A stretch of 64,000 bases of DNA. It comes from an uncultured Alphaproteobacteria bacterium. GTDB lineage: Bacteria; Pseudomonadota; Alphaproteobacteria; RF32; CAG-239. A program made the position numbers and the translations under genes. Below are positions 47,719 to 57,197 of this stretch, piece after piece. The notes under the pieces are model-generated. The model searched no databases and was not told the origin of the DNA. It saw nothing but the letters and a program-made list of their open reading frames with translations. Each line of letters starts with the position of its first letter. Position 1 is the stretch's first letter. Where the stretch lies: positions 123,136 through 187,135 of the forward strand of contig CAJTMA010000002.1 of assembly GCA_910577205.1 (NCBI GenBank), given 5' to 3'.

Positions 47719-48766
47719 AAAGAATTTCCTGAGATAATAAGTCTAAATCAACGTTTTCGAGTTCATCCCGAATAGTGGCAACAAAATTCTGGCGAACCAG
47801 CTTCAGCGCATTGTCTACCGCTACAGAATAGCCAAGTGCGTCAGTTCCGCCATGGCTTTTGACAGACAAGCCGTTTAAGCCGACAAACATAGCTCCGTTA
47901 TACAAACGGGGATCCATGGTCTTTTTGAGGTTTAAAGCGACTCCGAGCATAAAGGGAATACCCAATTTGGCAAGAATTGATTTCTTGACCGAATTTTTTA
48001 TCAGGCGCAAAATAAGCCGGGCTGTCCCCTCAATAGATTTAAGGGCAATATTGCCGGTAAATCCGTCAGAAACAATGACATCGGCTTTGCCGTTGGGAAT
48101 TTCATGCGGCTCAATATAGCCGATAAAATCAATATTAAGCTGAGAATTGCGGATAATGTTGGCAGCTTGGTGAATTTCTTCTTTGCCTTTCATTTCCTCT
48201 GTGCCGATATTGAGCAGCGCAACGCGCGGTTTTTCAAGCCCCAGAGCGTGCTTGGCCAGAATATTGCCCATCAAAGCAAATTCTGCCAGATTAACAGCAT
48301 CACATTCGGTATTAGCCCCCAAATCCAGCATTACATACTTGCCATTTTGGTGCGGCATAATGCTGACGATAGCCGGGCGGTGAATACGCTGGATGGTTTT
48401 AAGCGTCAGCTTGGAAATCGCCATTAATGCACCGGTATTGCCTGCTGAAACGATGGCCTTTGCCTCCCCTTTGCGTACAGCGTCAATCGCCATATACATA
48501 CTGGTATTGCGGTTACGGATGACCTGCGAGGGTTTATCCTCATTACGGACAACCTCAGAAGCATGGCGCAATTCGCAAACTTTTTTCAGATTAGGGAAAG
48601 AGTTGAGGATGGGAAGTACCTTGCCTTCATCTCCGAAAAGCAGAAAACGCACATCGGGATTTTTTTTAGCGGCAATAGCAAGCCCTTCAATGACGACTCT
48701 GGGGGAATTATCTCCCCCCATAGCGTCTATTGATATGACCAGATTATCAGACAAAACCTGCTCCAT
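47705..48766 (-). CDS. plsX: Phosphate acyltransferase PlsX
   Basis: ISIDAMGGDNSP N-terminal motif. Overlaps fabH by 14 nt. Confidence 0.9.
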   Translation of the reverse strand: MEQVLSDNLVISIDAMGGDNSPRVVIEGLAIAAKKNPDVRFLLFGDEGKVLPILNSFPNLKKVCELRHASEVVRNEDKPSQVIRNRNTSMYMAIDAVRKGEAKAIVSAGNTGALMAISKLTLKTIQRIHRPAIVSIMPHQNGKYVMLDLGANTECDAVNLAEFALMGNILAKHALGLEKPRVALLNIGTEEMKGKEEIHQAANIIRNSQLNIDFIGYIEPHEIPNGKADVIVSDGFTGNIALKSIEGTARLILRLIKNSVKKSILAKLGIPFMLGVALNLKKTMDPRLYNGAMFVGLNGLSVKSHGGTDALGYSVAVDNALKLVRQNFVATIRDELENVDLDLLSQEILYDSY

Positions 48767-48811
48767 ATAATATATAATGACTTACTCAGAAATTCCGGTA
48801 AGCCGGGTGGA

Positions 48812-49003
48812 TTATTCCTTGGAAGCTGTTTCCTGAGCAACAACTTCACGCTTGTTGTATTGTCCGCAAGACGGGCATACATTGTGAGGTCTTTTCAACT
48901 CACCGCAGTTCGGGCATTCCTGATAAGAATTTGCACTCAAAGCATCATGAGAACGACGCATATTGCGGCGGGATGTTGAAGTTTTATGTTTTGGTGTAGC
49001 CAT
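48812..49003 (-). CDS. rpmF: 50S ribosomal protein L32 (zinc-ribbon type)
   Basis: [22 protein letters not shown] with CPNCG...CPSCG. Confidence 0.85.
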   Translation of the reverse strand: MATPKHKTSTSRRNMRRSHDALSANSYQECPNCGELKRPHNVCPSCGQYNKREVVAQETASKE

Positions 49004-49156
49004 TTTTCTATACTCTAAAATTTATTTTTAATTAAAAACCAATTTTCCAGACGCCATTATTACCTTAATTCATTTTTAAAATCAACAGTTAAAATGGCCT
49101 TTGGAAAGCTTTAGCGCCTTTTTAGCTAAAAATTTGCCATTTGGCAAGCATAATTT

Positions 49157-49675
49157 TTATTTTTTAAGTTTTTCCAAAATTTTAAACGGGTTTTGAGCCT
49201 TATCATCCTCTTCATCAAATTCGCTCTCCCAATGGAAAACCTCTCCCTCCTTACGAGGATAATCTTCCATAACCAGCGCCAACTGTTCTATGGCTATCTG
49301 TCCAAGGTCAATCTGCCCGCCGATTATAACGTCAGGCAAATCATCCCCCAGTTCAGCCTCTTCTTCACGCTGGCTTTTTAAAGTCGCCTTGGTATCATAA
49401 ACCAGCTCAAATTCGGGAGAATAGCATTTAAAAAAGTTTTCAAGGCTGATAACGCTCTGCAGTTCCAATTCGGCAGAAACACTCCCCCAGACATTCAGCA
49501 TATGCGCCTTTTTGTTCAGCTTGGTATAGATTTCCGCAGAAAATGATTTGACAGAAGGCACTTTCAGAATCTCTGCCAGCTCAACGAGTTCGTCCGGCGT
49601 TGCCGTTAAATTGTATTTTTTTTCCGCTGCCGTTATCTCATCAACTATCAACGGATATGAAAAATTTTTTTGCAT
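49157..49675 (-). CDS. yceD: YceD/DUF177 family protein (23S rRNA accumulation)
   Basis: Conserved position upstream of rpmF-plsX-fabH. Acidic C-terminus. Confidence 0.7.
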   Translation of the reverse strand: MQKNFSYPLIVDEITAAEKKYNLTATPDELVELAEILKVPSVKSFSAEIYTKLNKKAHMLNVWGSVSAELELQSVISLENFFKCYSPEFELVYDTKATLKSQREEEAELGDDLPDVIIGGQIDLGQIAIEQLALVMEDYPRKEGEVFHWESEFDEEDDKAQNPFKILEKLKK

Positions 49676-49744
49676 TAATCTTTTCCTTATGCTATATGTT
49701 TTAGCAATGTAATTTAGATATGATTTAACGGTAAGGATTAAAAG

Positions 49745-50206
49745 ATGTCAATAAGCAAAGTATTTTTGTTAAACGCCTTCCTGATTATGTTTTCAACCGC
49801 TTGCAGCAACGATATGTTCATTACTCATAACGGCAATATGCCCTCCAATGAAAGAATCGGGCAAATCCAAACCGGTCAAAGCAAAGCGACAGTCCAAAGC
49901 ATTCTCGGCGCGCCGTCTAATGTTGTTTCGCTGGATCGCAACACCTGGATTTATATGTCTTCTGATATTAAAAAAGTGGCTTTTTTTGCCCCCAAGGAAG
50001 TTGAACGGGACGTTCTGACTATCCGCTTCAACAATCAGAATAAAGTTGAATCCATTGAACGCCTGTCCAAGAAAAATGGTAAAGAAGTTACAATTTGTGA
50101 AGACAAAACAGAAACTGTCGGACACAATCCCGGTTTCTTCCGCAAATATTTCGGCGGTGTCGGACAGTATATGCCGTTCCCGACAAACAACAATCCGAAT
50201 CAATAA
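49745..50206 (+). CDS. bamE: Outer-membrane lipoprotein, BamE (SmpA/OmlA)-like
   Basis: Lipoprotein signal ...STAC. GQSKATVQSILGAPSNVVSLDRNTWIYM resembles the SmpA_OmlA fold motif. Confidence 0.6.
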   Translation: MSISKVFLLNAFLIMFSTACSNDMFITHNGNMPSNERIGQIQTGQSKATVQSILGAPSNVVSLDRNTWIYMSSDIKKVAFFAPKEVERDVLTIRFNNQNKVESIERLSKKNGKEVTICEDKTETVGHNPGFFRKYFGGVGQYMPFPTNNNPNQ

Positions 50207-50212
50207 GAAAAA

Positions 50213-50238
50213 GCCCCGCAAACACGGGGCTTTCTTTT
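50213..50238. terminator. Bidirectional terminator between the bamE-like gene (+) and the DUF502 gene (-)
   Basis: gccccg-caaaca-cggggc hairpin with flanking A-run and T-run. Confidence 0.7.
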
Positions 50239-50947
50239 ACTGCTTTTTCTTCTTTCCGGCCATGTCCGGCGTAACCAAACCGCCAGAAATCACAAATTTA
50301 ATTCCCTCTTCTACCGTCATATCAATATCTATTGTATCTTCTTTAGGCACAAAAATTAAAAAGCCGGATGTCGGGTTCGGGGTTGTCGGAATAAACACAT
50401 TCAACATTTCCCGTCCGAGCCTGTCTTTCACTTCGCCTTTGGTTTCAGAGCTGACGAACCCAAGAATCCAAATATCTTTACGGGGATATTCCAGCAGAAC
50501 CACTTGGCTGAACGCATTATTTTTATTTGACAGGAAAGTTTGAAAAACCTGTTTCAGCAAAGAATAGACGCTTGAAACAAAAGGCATTTTATAAACCAGC
50601 CATTCGCCAAGGCTCAGGAAAAACTTTCCCAGAAAACCGGCGGCAAACATACCTATTAAAATCATTGCCAGCACCAGCAAAACCACACCTAAGCCGGGGA
50701 TACTGTACGGCAGATAGCTGTCCGGACGAAACTCCAGCGGAATGAGCTTATTGACACTGACATCAATCCATGAAATCAGCTTATAAGCCAAATAAAAAGT
50801 CATGGAAACCGGTGCCGTCACCAAAATACCGGTAAAAAAATAGGCCTTGATTTTAGAGCCTAAGCGCATAAAAATTGCCCTTTCCCGCTCCAGGCGTATA
50901 CGTTTGATATTTTTCGCCCGCTTGGCAATATTTTTATTGTTCTTCAT
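50237..50947 (-). CDS. DUF502 (COG2928) membrane protein
   Basis: Two TM helices and a conserved PTTPNPTSGFLIFVP segment. Overlaps recJ by 4 nt. Confidence 0.65.
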   Translation of the reverse strand: MKNNKNIAKRAKNIKRIRLERERAIFMRLGSKIKAYFFTGILVTAPVSMTFYLAYKLISWIDVSVNKLIPLEFRPDSYLPYSIPGLGVVLLVLAMILIGMFAAGFLGKFFLSLGEWLVYKMPFVSSVYSLLKQVFQTFLSNKNNAFSQVVLLEYPRKDIWILGFVSSETKGEVKDRLGREMLNVFIPTTPNPTSGFLIFVPKEDTIDIDMTVEEGIKFVISGGLVTPDMAGKKKKQ

Positions 50948-52713
50948 TCTACCCTCATCACGTCTTCAATAATAAATTGTACGGAATTTCGCCCCTGCCA
51001 ATTATCATGGCGCAAAACGCCGACCAGATTAAAGCAGTCGCCATTGCTGTTTAACAGCGCCGGGCCGATTGCCGTATCAGCCACCCGGAAAGCCATAGCT
51101 TTTAATCCACCGCCCCCCGCAGCACTCAGCCAGCAGCTGACATGGCCGCTGCCGACCATACGCGCTCTGCTGACCCGCACCCGAGGCAGAACCAGTTTCG
51201 GCTCGCTGTTGCCTGCTCCGTATGGCTCAAGCAAATCAAGTTTCCCGGCCATTTCAACTGTCGCGGCAGCCAAATCAAGCACGCCGTCAACCTCTATTAC
51301 CGGAGTTATTGCTTCATGACCGATTTCTTTTTGCACATATTCCCCGACAAAACGGCGAAAATCATCAATCCGGTCTTTTTCCAGTGAAAATCCGGCGGCC
51401 ATCGTGTGTCCGCCTCCTTTGGTAATAACGCCTTTTTCCTTGGCGGCAATAATCAAAGCGCCTAAATCTACCCCGGGAATGGAACGAGCCGACCCTTTAA
51501 CCTCATCATCTTCAATAGACATGACAAAGGCCGGAAGGTTATAACGTTCCTTGAGTTTTCCGGCAACAATGCCAATAACACCTTGATGCCAGTCATCTCC
51601 GGCAACAAAAGCTATCGGATATTCTTGCGGCGTTCCTTCCAGCATTTCAATGGCTCTTTCCAGAACGTAACCTTCAATTTCTTTCCGACGGTCATTAAAT
51701 TCATTCAGCTTATCCGCCAAAAGCGATGCCTGAAACTCATCTTTAATACATAACAGGCGGTTGCCGAGCGCCGCTTCTCCGACTCGACCGCAAGCATTAA
51801 TCCGCGGCCCTAATACAAACCCCAGATGGAAAGCGCCGGGCGCTTCGCTTATGGCAGCCTTGTCAATCAAGGCGCGTAAACCAATATTACGCCGCTGAGC
51901 CATTACTTTCAGCCCCTGGCGGACAAATGCCCGGTTTAAGCCTAAAAGCGGCACAACGTCACAGACTGTTCCTAGCGCCACCAAATCCAGCCATTCCAAT
52001 AAGTTTGGCTCAGGACGGGATTGGTAGAAGCCTCGCTCCCGCAGTTCGCGATTGACAGCAACCATGGTGACAAAAACCACGCCGACTGCCGCCATATATT
52101 TCAAATACGGATAATCGTTGTTTTCATCCAAACGCTTGGGATTAACCACGGCATAAACATCAGGCAGTTTGGCTTCAGCTTCATGGTGGTCTAAAACGAT
52201 AATTTCAAATCCCTTTTCGCGGGCATAGTCAAAAACGCTGAAAGCCGTCGTGCCGCAATCGACAGTTATGACAAAGTCTACGCCTTGTGCGGCAAATTTA
52301 TCAAAAGCCATAATGCTGGGACCATAGCCTTCATCTCGTTCAGGAATATGGATTATCGGCTCAACACCGACACTTTCCAAAAATAAGCGCAAGACCGATG
52401 ACGACGTTGCGCCATCGACATCATAGTCGCCGATAACGGCGATTTTGCGTCCGGACATGACGGCTTCGGCAATCTTGCGGCTGGCTTCAGCCATCCCTTT
52501 CATGACCGACGGATCGGGCAACAGATTTTGCAATTTGGGATTAATAAAACTGCCGACCTCATCAGGCGCAATACCCCGGGAGGCAATAATGCGCGCAATC
52601 AGCGGCGGCAGTTCATAACGCTGGGAAATGAGTTCGGCTTTGCGGTCATCTGCAACAGCGGTTTTCCACAAATTTCCGCCGAGAGATTTGACATTTTCAA
52701 AACTAAAACTCAC
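50944..52713 (-). CDS. recJ: Single-stranded-DNA-specific exonuclease RecJ
   Basis: DHH motifs IAVIGDYDVDGATSS and ITVDCGT. DHHA1 motif GGGHTMAAG. 589 aa. Confidence 0.9.
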   Translation of the reverse strand: MSFSFENVKSLGGNLWKTAVADDRKAELISQRYELPPLIARIIASRGIAPDEVGSFINPKLQNLLPDPSVMKGMAEASRKIAEAVMSGRKIAVIGDYDVDGATSSSVLRLFLESVGVEPIIHIPERDEGYGPSIMAFDKFAAQGVDFVITVDCGTTAFSVFDYAREKGFEIIVLDHHEAEAKLPDVYAVVNPKRLDENNDYPYLKYMAAVGVVFVTMVAVNRELRERGFYQSRPEPNLLEWLDLVALGTVCDVVPLLGLNRAFVRQGLKVMAQRRNIGLRALIDKAAISEAPGAFHLGFVLGPRINACGRVGEAALGNRLLCIKDEFQASLLADKLNEFNDRRKEIEGYVLERAIEMLEGTPQEYPIAFVAGDDWHQGVIGIVAGKLKERYNLPAFVMSIEDDEVKGSARSIPGVDLGALIIAAKEKGVITKGGGHTMAAGFSLEKDRIDDFRRFVGEYVQKEIGHEAITPVIEVDGVLDLAAATVEMAGKLDLLEPYGAGNSEPKLVLPRVRVSRARMVGSGHVSCWLSAAGGGGLKAMAFRVADTAIGPALLNSNGDCFNLVGVLRHDNWQGRNSVQFIIEDVMRVE

Positions 52714-52727
52714 CTTTTTTCCTTAGA

Positions 52728-53519
52728 TTAATAACTGATATAGACTTCGGCGCGGCGGTTTAAGCGCTCGCCTTCGGGCATAACTTCCAAATAAGCCGGA
52801 CGATTGTCAGACATCGCCTCGACCAAGATTTTAGACGCGGGCATTCCGGCACGGCGCAATGCCGCAGCGACAGCTTCAGCTCTTTCCTGAGATACTTTAA
52901 AGTTTGCCATTTTATGACTGGCCATATCCGTATTGCGGGTGCGGCTGGAGGCAAAGCCCATCACCCGGACAAAAGCGTTATTGCGTTTGGCTTCGCGGAC
53001 AATCTGGCGGATTTTGGCATTAGAACCGGCTGCCAAAGCAGAACCGCCATTATCAAAGTAAAAAGTTTCGGCCAAATAAGTTACGCTGGGAATAACCGGT
53101 GCGGCTTTTGAGGGGGATGCAGGTTTGGACACAGAAGATTTAGCTGCTGTTTTCTGTTGTTTTTTGCTTGTTTTTTTAACAGGGGCATCAGCTTCCTGGT
53201 CAAAAGGGACACCGAAGAAATCAACATCTTCACCGTCAAAGACCGACTCTTCCTTGTTCAAATCTCCCGCGTCAGCTACAATTATCGGCGTTGTTTTGGC
53301 GGGAACAACCGTTTCGACAATGTTCTCGTCATCATAAGCGATATTTTTTCCATCGCTCAGCAGCCCGTTACCCTCTTTAAGGACGCGTTCGCCCTGCTCA
53401 GAAACCATTTCGGAAGACTCATCTTCGATTTCGGGAAAAGAAGCGCTGGTACAGGACACAGACAAAAACAAAGCACTGCCCAACACTGCCGTAACTCTCA
53501 CATTTTTCAACAAAGACAT
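52728..53519 (-). CDS. OmpA-family peptidoglycan-binding lipoprotein
   Basis: Lipobox LSVSC. C-terminal OmpA_C domain (FDNGGSA...NRRAEVYI). Start at 53519 or at 53543; both are ATG. Confidence 0.75.
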   Translation of the reverse strand: MSLLKNVRVTAVLGSALFLSVSCTSASFPEIEDESSEMVSEQGERVLKEGNGLLSDGKNIAYDDENIVETVVPAKTTPIIVADAGDLNKEESVFDGEDVDFFGVPFDQEADAPVKKTSKKQQKTAAKSSVSKPASPSKAAPVIPSVTYLAETFYFDNGGSALAAGSNAKIRQIVREAKRNNAFVRVMGFASSRTRNTDMASHKMANFKVSQERAEAVAAALRRAGMPASKILVEAMSDNRPAYLEVMPEGERLNRRAEVYISY

Positions 53520-53731
53520 TTGATAAACCCTAATTAAAATCATCTAGAATCATAACCGCTTGTTGTCTTCAAAGCGGCGCTTGGATATATTGATAACGTA
53601 ATAACAAGATTAAAACAAGAACAAAAATAAATACAAACAGAAAAATATACGCGCTTAACTTATTAAAAATATTTGTGTTTATCATATAACTGGTGTATAA
53701 TTCAGACCTAAATGTTATGAAAGGACGCAAG

Positions 53732-54271
53732 ATGGCAGTTCCGGCAACGGATACGGCAATTGATGTTGCTTATTGGTTTTTTAACCGGGCAGAAAAAGAC
53801 GGTCTTTACCTTGAGACGGAGAATATGCAGTATTTGCTGTTTTTGGCTCAGGTTCATTATGCCATGGCTTATAATATGGAAATGCTGACTCCCAGCTTGT
53901 TTGTCTGCAATCACAGCGGTTTTTTTGAGCCTAACCTTAAACGCATTTTTGCCATGGGCAGACCATTTATGCCTCCGGTTAAATTTCCTCAGAAAATAAA
54001 TGCTTTTCTTGAGGGAATCTGGCAAAAATATGGTTCTTTGCCTCTTGCCCGACTAGAAAAACTTATTAAAACTTCCTCCGCATTTAAAAATAATTGTTTG
54101 GAAGGAACGCTTAATACCATCGATTTCAAATCCGTGGTCGACAGTTTCATCAAAGCCGGCAAAAAAAATCAACAGAATAATGCCTTTTCAGATAATCGCA
54201 AAAAAGTTATGCTTTCGCAAAACGGCCCGGTCGTTGTTTCTAAATGGCAACCGCGGAAAATTGACACCTAA
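53732..54271 (+). CDS. Panacea (DUF4065)-domain-like protein, candidate antitoxin of a PanAT-type TA module
   Basis: IDVAYWFFNRAEKDG...NMQYLLFLAQVHYAMAYN...LTPSLFVCNHSGFFEPNL parallels the Panacea consensus (IANYFL...LKLQKLLYYAQGWHLA...PLFDE..EAWKHGPVVPEV). AAGGA RBS 6 nt before ATG 53732. Confidence 0.45.
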   Translation: MAVPATDTAIDVAYWFFNRAEKDGLYLETENMQYLLFLAQVHYAMAYNMEMLTPSLFVCNHSGFFEPNLKRIFAMGRPFMPPVKFPQKINAFLEGIWQKYGSLPLARLEKLIKTSSAFKNNCLEGTLNTIDFKSVVDSFIKAGKKNQQNNAFSDNRKKVMLSQNGPVVVSKWQPRKIDT

Positions 54272-54287
54272 TCCAAAGGAGATGACT

Positions 54288-54845
54288 ATGAGCAAATTTT
54301 TAAATTTATTTCTGGCTTTAATGATTATTGCCGGCTGTTCCCCGAAAAAAGAAGACGGCAATCTGGTTATCTCTACAGAAAACGGAGATGTCATTTATAA
54401 TGTTGAGGAAGCCCAAAAGCCCGAAGAACTGGAAAAAGGCCTTATGAACCGTGAACAGTTGGCTGAAAATGGCGGAATGATTTTTGATTTATCCAAAGTC
54501 GACAATCAGGTTGCCATGTGGATGAAAGATACGCAACTCTCTTTGGATATGCTGTTTGTCAATGCTAACGGGAAAATTTTCTTTATCAAAGAAAAAGCGA
54601 CACCGATGTCCGAAGAGTTGATTATCGCCCCCGAACCGGCGATGGCTGTGGTTGAGCTTAATGCCGGAGATGTTGAAAAACACGGGATTAAAATCGGCGA
54701 TACAGTCAAACATCACTTTTTCAGCGATTACAATAAAGAAATTTATGAAGCTGACGGCAAGCTTCCACCGCGTGAAGAAACAGCCATGCCCGAGGAAGCA
54801 GAAGAAATTGTTGACGAAGTTTCAGAAGTTCCTACCGCAGAATAG
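54288..54845 (+). CDS. DUF192 (COG1430) family lipoprotein
   Basis: Lipoprotein signal MSKFLNLFLALMIIAGCS. AAGGAG RBS 6 nt before ATG 54288. Acidic C-terminal tail. 16 nt downstream of the Panacea-like gene. Confidence 0.6.
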   Translation: MSKFLNLFLALMIIAGCSPKKEDGNLVISTENGDVIYNVEEAQKPEELEKGLMNREQLAENGGMIFDLSKVDNQVAMWMKDTQLSLDMLFVNANGKIFFIKEKATPMSEELIIAPEPAMAVVELNAGDVEKHGIKIGDTVKHHFFSDYNKEIYEADGKLPPREETAMPEEAEEIVDEVSEVPTAE

Positions 54846-54868
54846 TTGTCTGCTTCTTATAAAATTCA

Positions 54869-54894
54869 GCGCCCTTTTCCTGGGCGCTTTTTTA
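54869..54894 (+). terminator. Rho-independent terminator of the DUF192 gene
   Basis: gcgccc-ttttcct-gggcgc hairpin plus TTTTTT. Confidence 0.7.
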
Positions 54895-54907
54895 TTAAAC
54901 TTTTCAT

Positions 54908-54960
54908 TATTCTGTATAGTTTTCCGTAATGATTAACGTTGCATCTCCGGTATAGCTACC
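54908..54960 (-). pseudogene. 3-prime remnant (about 17 codons, ...YTGDATLIITENYTE-stop) of a paralog of CDS 55736..56992
   Basis: About 65 bp (54887-54950) are near-identical to 55717-55780, which encodes the C-terminus SGDVTLIITENYTE of the intact gene. An in-frame stop lies just upstream of the fragment. Confidence 0.45.
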
Positions 54961-55217
54961 TCATCGTTATAAACCAATTCTACTTTAATTGTTCCTTTAT
55001 TTGGGATATAGCTGTTTTTCTATTTTGTCCATTTTCGAAAATAATAGTTTACAGACCATATATTTTGTGATATAAAAAAATGTATTTCAAATTATTATAG
55101 ATGCTGTATGTATGTTTTCATTTGTTTGTGGTTTTTACCATTACTTTGAAATATCTTGCTTTGTAATGATTTGATTAATTTATATCAGAACCTAAACCTA
55201 ACTAAAACATAAAAAAA

Positions 55218-55691
55218 ATGAAAACAAAAAAAATGAAATGGGCAGTTGTTGCCGTTACAGTTATTACGTTTTTATCGTATCTAATTTTCTTTCGCATAGA
55301 TGTTCCTGAGGGATTGATAAAGGGACGGATGTTTATATCCGAAGAAAAAACCTCAAAGCTGACAGTTACAGACCAGCAAAAAGATGTGATTTGGCTTGAG
55401 GATGGAACGATTTGGGGACATCCTAGCTTTTCGGAACTAGATCTTAAGGGAAAAAAAATCCTTTTGTATGGGGCCAATGAATTCAGATACGATGGTGAAT
55501 TTTTTGAAGAACAACTGTACTATAAAGGAGAACCTGTAAATCATGTGGTTTCTGACAGGTCACGGGTGAGGCTTCTCACATCTACTACTGATGACAGCTT
55601 TCTCTTTGGCTCATTTCTCATTGTGATGAGAAATGAAACAGAAAGTGATATATATCACCTACTGGGATGTTATCAATTTGTACAAAAATAA
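55218..55691 (+). CDS. Hypothetical membrane-anchored protein
   Basis: 157 aa with an N-terminal TM helix. No SD motif. Confidence 0.45.
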   Translation: MKTKKMKWAVVAVTVITFLSYLIFFRIDVPEGLIKGRMFISEEKTSKLTVTDQQKDVIWLEDGTIWGHPSFSELDLKGKKILLYGANEFRYDGEFFEEQLYYKGEPVNHVVSDRSRVRLLTSTTDDSFLFGSFLIVMRNETESDIYHLLGCYQFVQK

Positions 55692-55696
55692 AAAAA

Positions 55697-55722
55697 GCGC
55701 CCTAGAAACAGGGCGTTTTTTT
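55697..55722. terminator. Bidirectional terminator shared by convergent genes 55218..55691 (+) and 55736..56992 (-)
   Basis: cgccc-tagaaaca-gggcg hairpin flanked by A6 and T7. Confidence 0.7.
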
Positions 55723-55735
55723 ATTAAACTTTTCG

Positions 55736-56992
55736 TTATTCTGTATAATTTTCCGTAATGATTAATGTTACATCTCCTGAGCAAGTAGCAATAGTTTCAT
55801 CATTATCATACTCCCAAGCAATCTTAACAGAACCCTTATTATAAGCGTATTCATGAAGATATTCGCCGCTATCTTCGGTTAAAAACTCCACGCCCAGAGG
55901 GAGATTTGAACAAGTCTTCGAGAAAGAAGATATATAAGCTCCGTCCCCGATATAACCAATACGCTCCGCTCCCGGATCTAAAATAATTTCTGCCCAGTTA
56001 CTCCAAGCATTAGCGCTGACATTCCCTGAAAGAGCAACCTCTGTTACCGTCCCCCTCTTCCCTGTGCTGCTCTCTACAACAATGCTGCTATCAGCTTGTT
56101 TTACAGAACATACATTTCCATTCTTTTGTCCTACAAAATTTAAATACAAATACCATTTTTCATTCGTACATACATCACCACTTTCTTTCGGCTCGCCATA
56201 ATAAACCACCGGGCGAACGTAATCATCACTATTTTTGTAATTTGTATTTTTAGTGTTATCGCTCTTGTCAAATTCCCATGCCGTCTCTTTATCATACTCA
56301 CAAGAAGACCAATACCATTTTGCTTCAAATGGCACAGTTCCATAATCTTTTAACATTGCTATTGTTGTGTCTAACAGCTTCCCAACAGAATACATTTGTG
56401 AAAATTCTTTAATGCTGGGCAGAAACCATTTTGTTTTCTTACAGAAATCCTGAGTACATCCCGCAGGCTGATAGCTATTGGCTGCCGTCGCCGCCGGCGT
56501 TCCGCCACAGCTGCTTCCACAGGCTAATATTTTATCCGTATTAGAACGACCATCCACACTACAACTATCTACCGACGCGGGATTGTCATTATATTGGCAA
56601 TTCGTTAAGTTCGGCATATCATAGCTATTGTTTGACCAATACATCGTTTCACTTCCTGCTGTGCCATCTTTCTTCACGTCAGTCAATGAAACTGCTAATT
56701 TGTTGGTTTCATCAAAAACAATACCTATTGGCGTTTTGCCGGAAATAACATTTTTGCTGACCGTACCGTCGCCATACAAAATCGGCAAAGAATTTTCAGA
56801 GGATTTTTTGGGGCAAAAAACTTTAGACATATCTGTCGGACACTTAACGGCAACTTGCCCCTCACAATCCGCCGCGCTCATCGTATAGCCTAAGTCAGCG
56901 CAGTCCGGCGCAAGGGTACAAACAGCATAAAGGGGAGAAGAATAAAGGATTGTTCCGGATAATAAAACGGACGCAAACAGGGGAGTTTTCAT
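55736..56992 (-). CDS. Secreted cysteine-rich protein (family member 2)
   Basis: Signal peptide MKTPLFASVLLSGTILYSSPLYA. 27 Cys. Same architecture class as 2781..4598. Its 3-prime end and terminator are duplicated at 54887-54960. Confidence 0.6.
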   Translation of the reverse strand: MKTPLFASVLLSGTILYSSPLYAVCTLAPDCADLGYTMSAADCEGQVAVKCPTDMSKVFCPKKSSENSLPILYGDGTVSKNVISGKTPIGIVFDETNKLAVSLTDVKKDGTAGSETMYWSNNSYDMPNLTNCQYNDNPASVDSCSVDGRSNTDKILACGSSCGGTPAATAANSYQPAGCTQDFCKKTKWFLPSIKEFSQMYSVGKLLDTTIAMLKDYGTVPFEAKWYWSSCEYDKETAWEFDKSDNTKNTNYKNSDDYVRPVVYYGEPKESGDVCTNEKWYLYLNFVGQKNGNVCSVKQADSSIVVESSTGKRGTVTEVALSGNVSANAWSNWAEIILDPGAERIGYIGDGAYISSFSKTCSNLPLGVEFLTEDSGEYLHEYAYNKGSVKIAWEYDNDETIATCSGDVTLIITENYTE

Positions 56993-57197
56993 AACACACC
57001 TCGTAGATATTACTAAATCAAAACCTGTATTCAGAATATCATACTGTTAGGCATTTGTAAAGGTATTATGAACATGGGGTTTATTTTTGGCTAAAGGAAA
57101 TAGGTAAAACAGCTATGCCGGTATTACGCCAAGGCTATAGCGTGAAGATGAAGCCTCTACCGAGAGCATCATGGGGCAATAGCTATCCCAGATTTTA

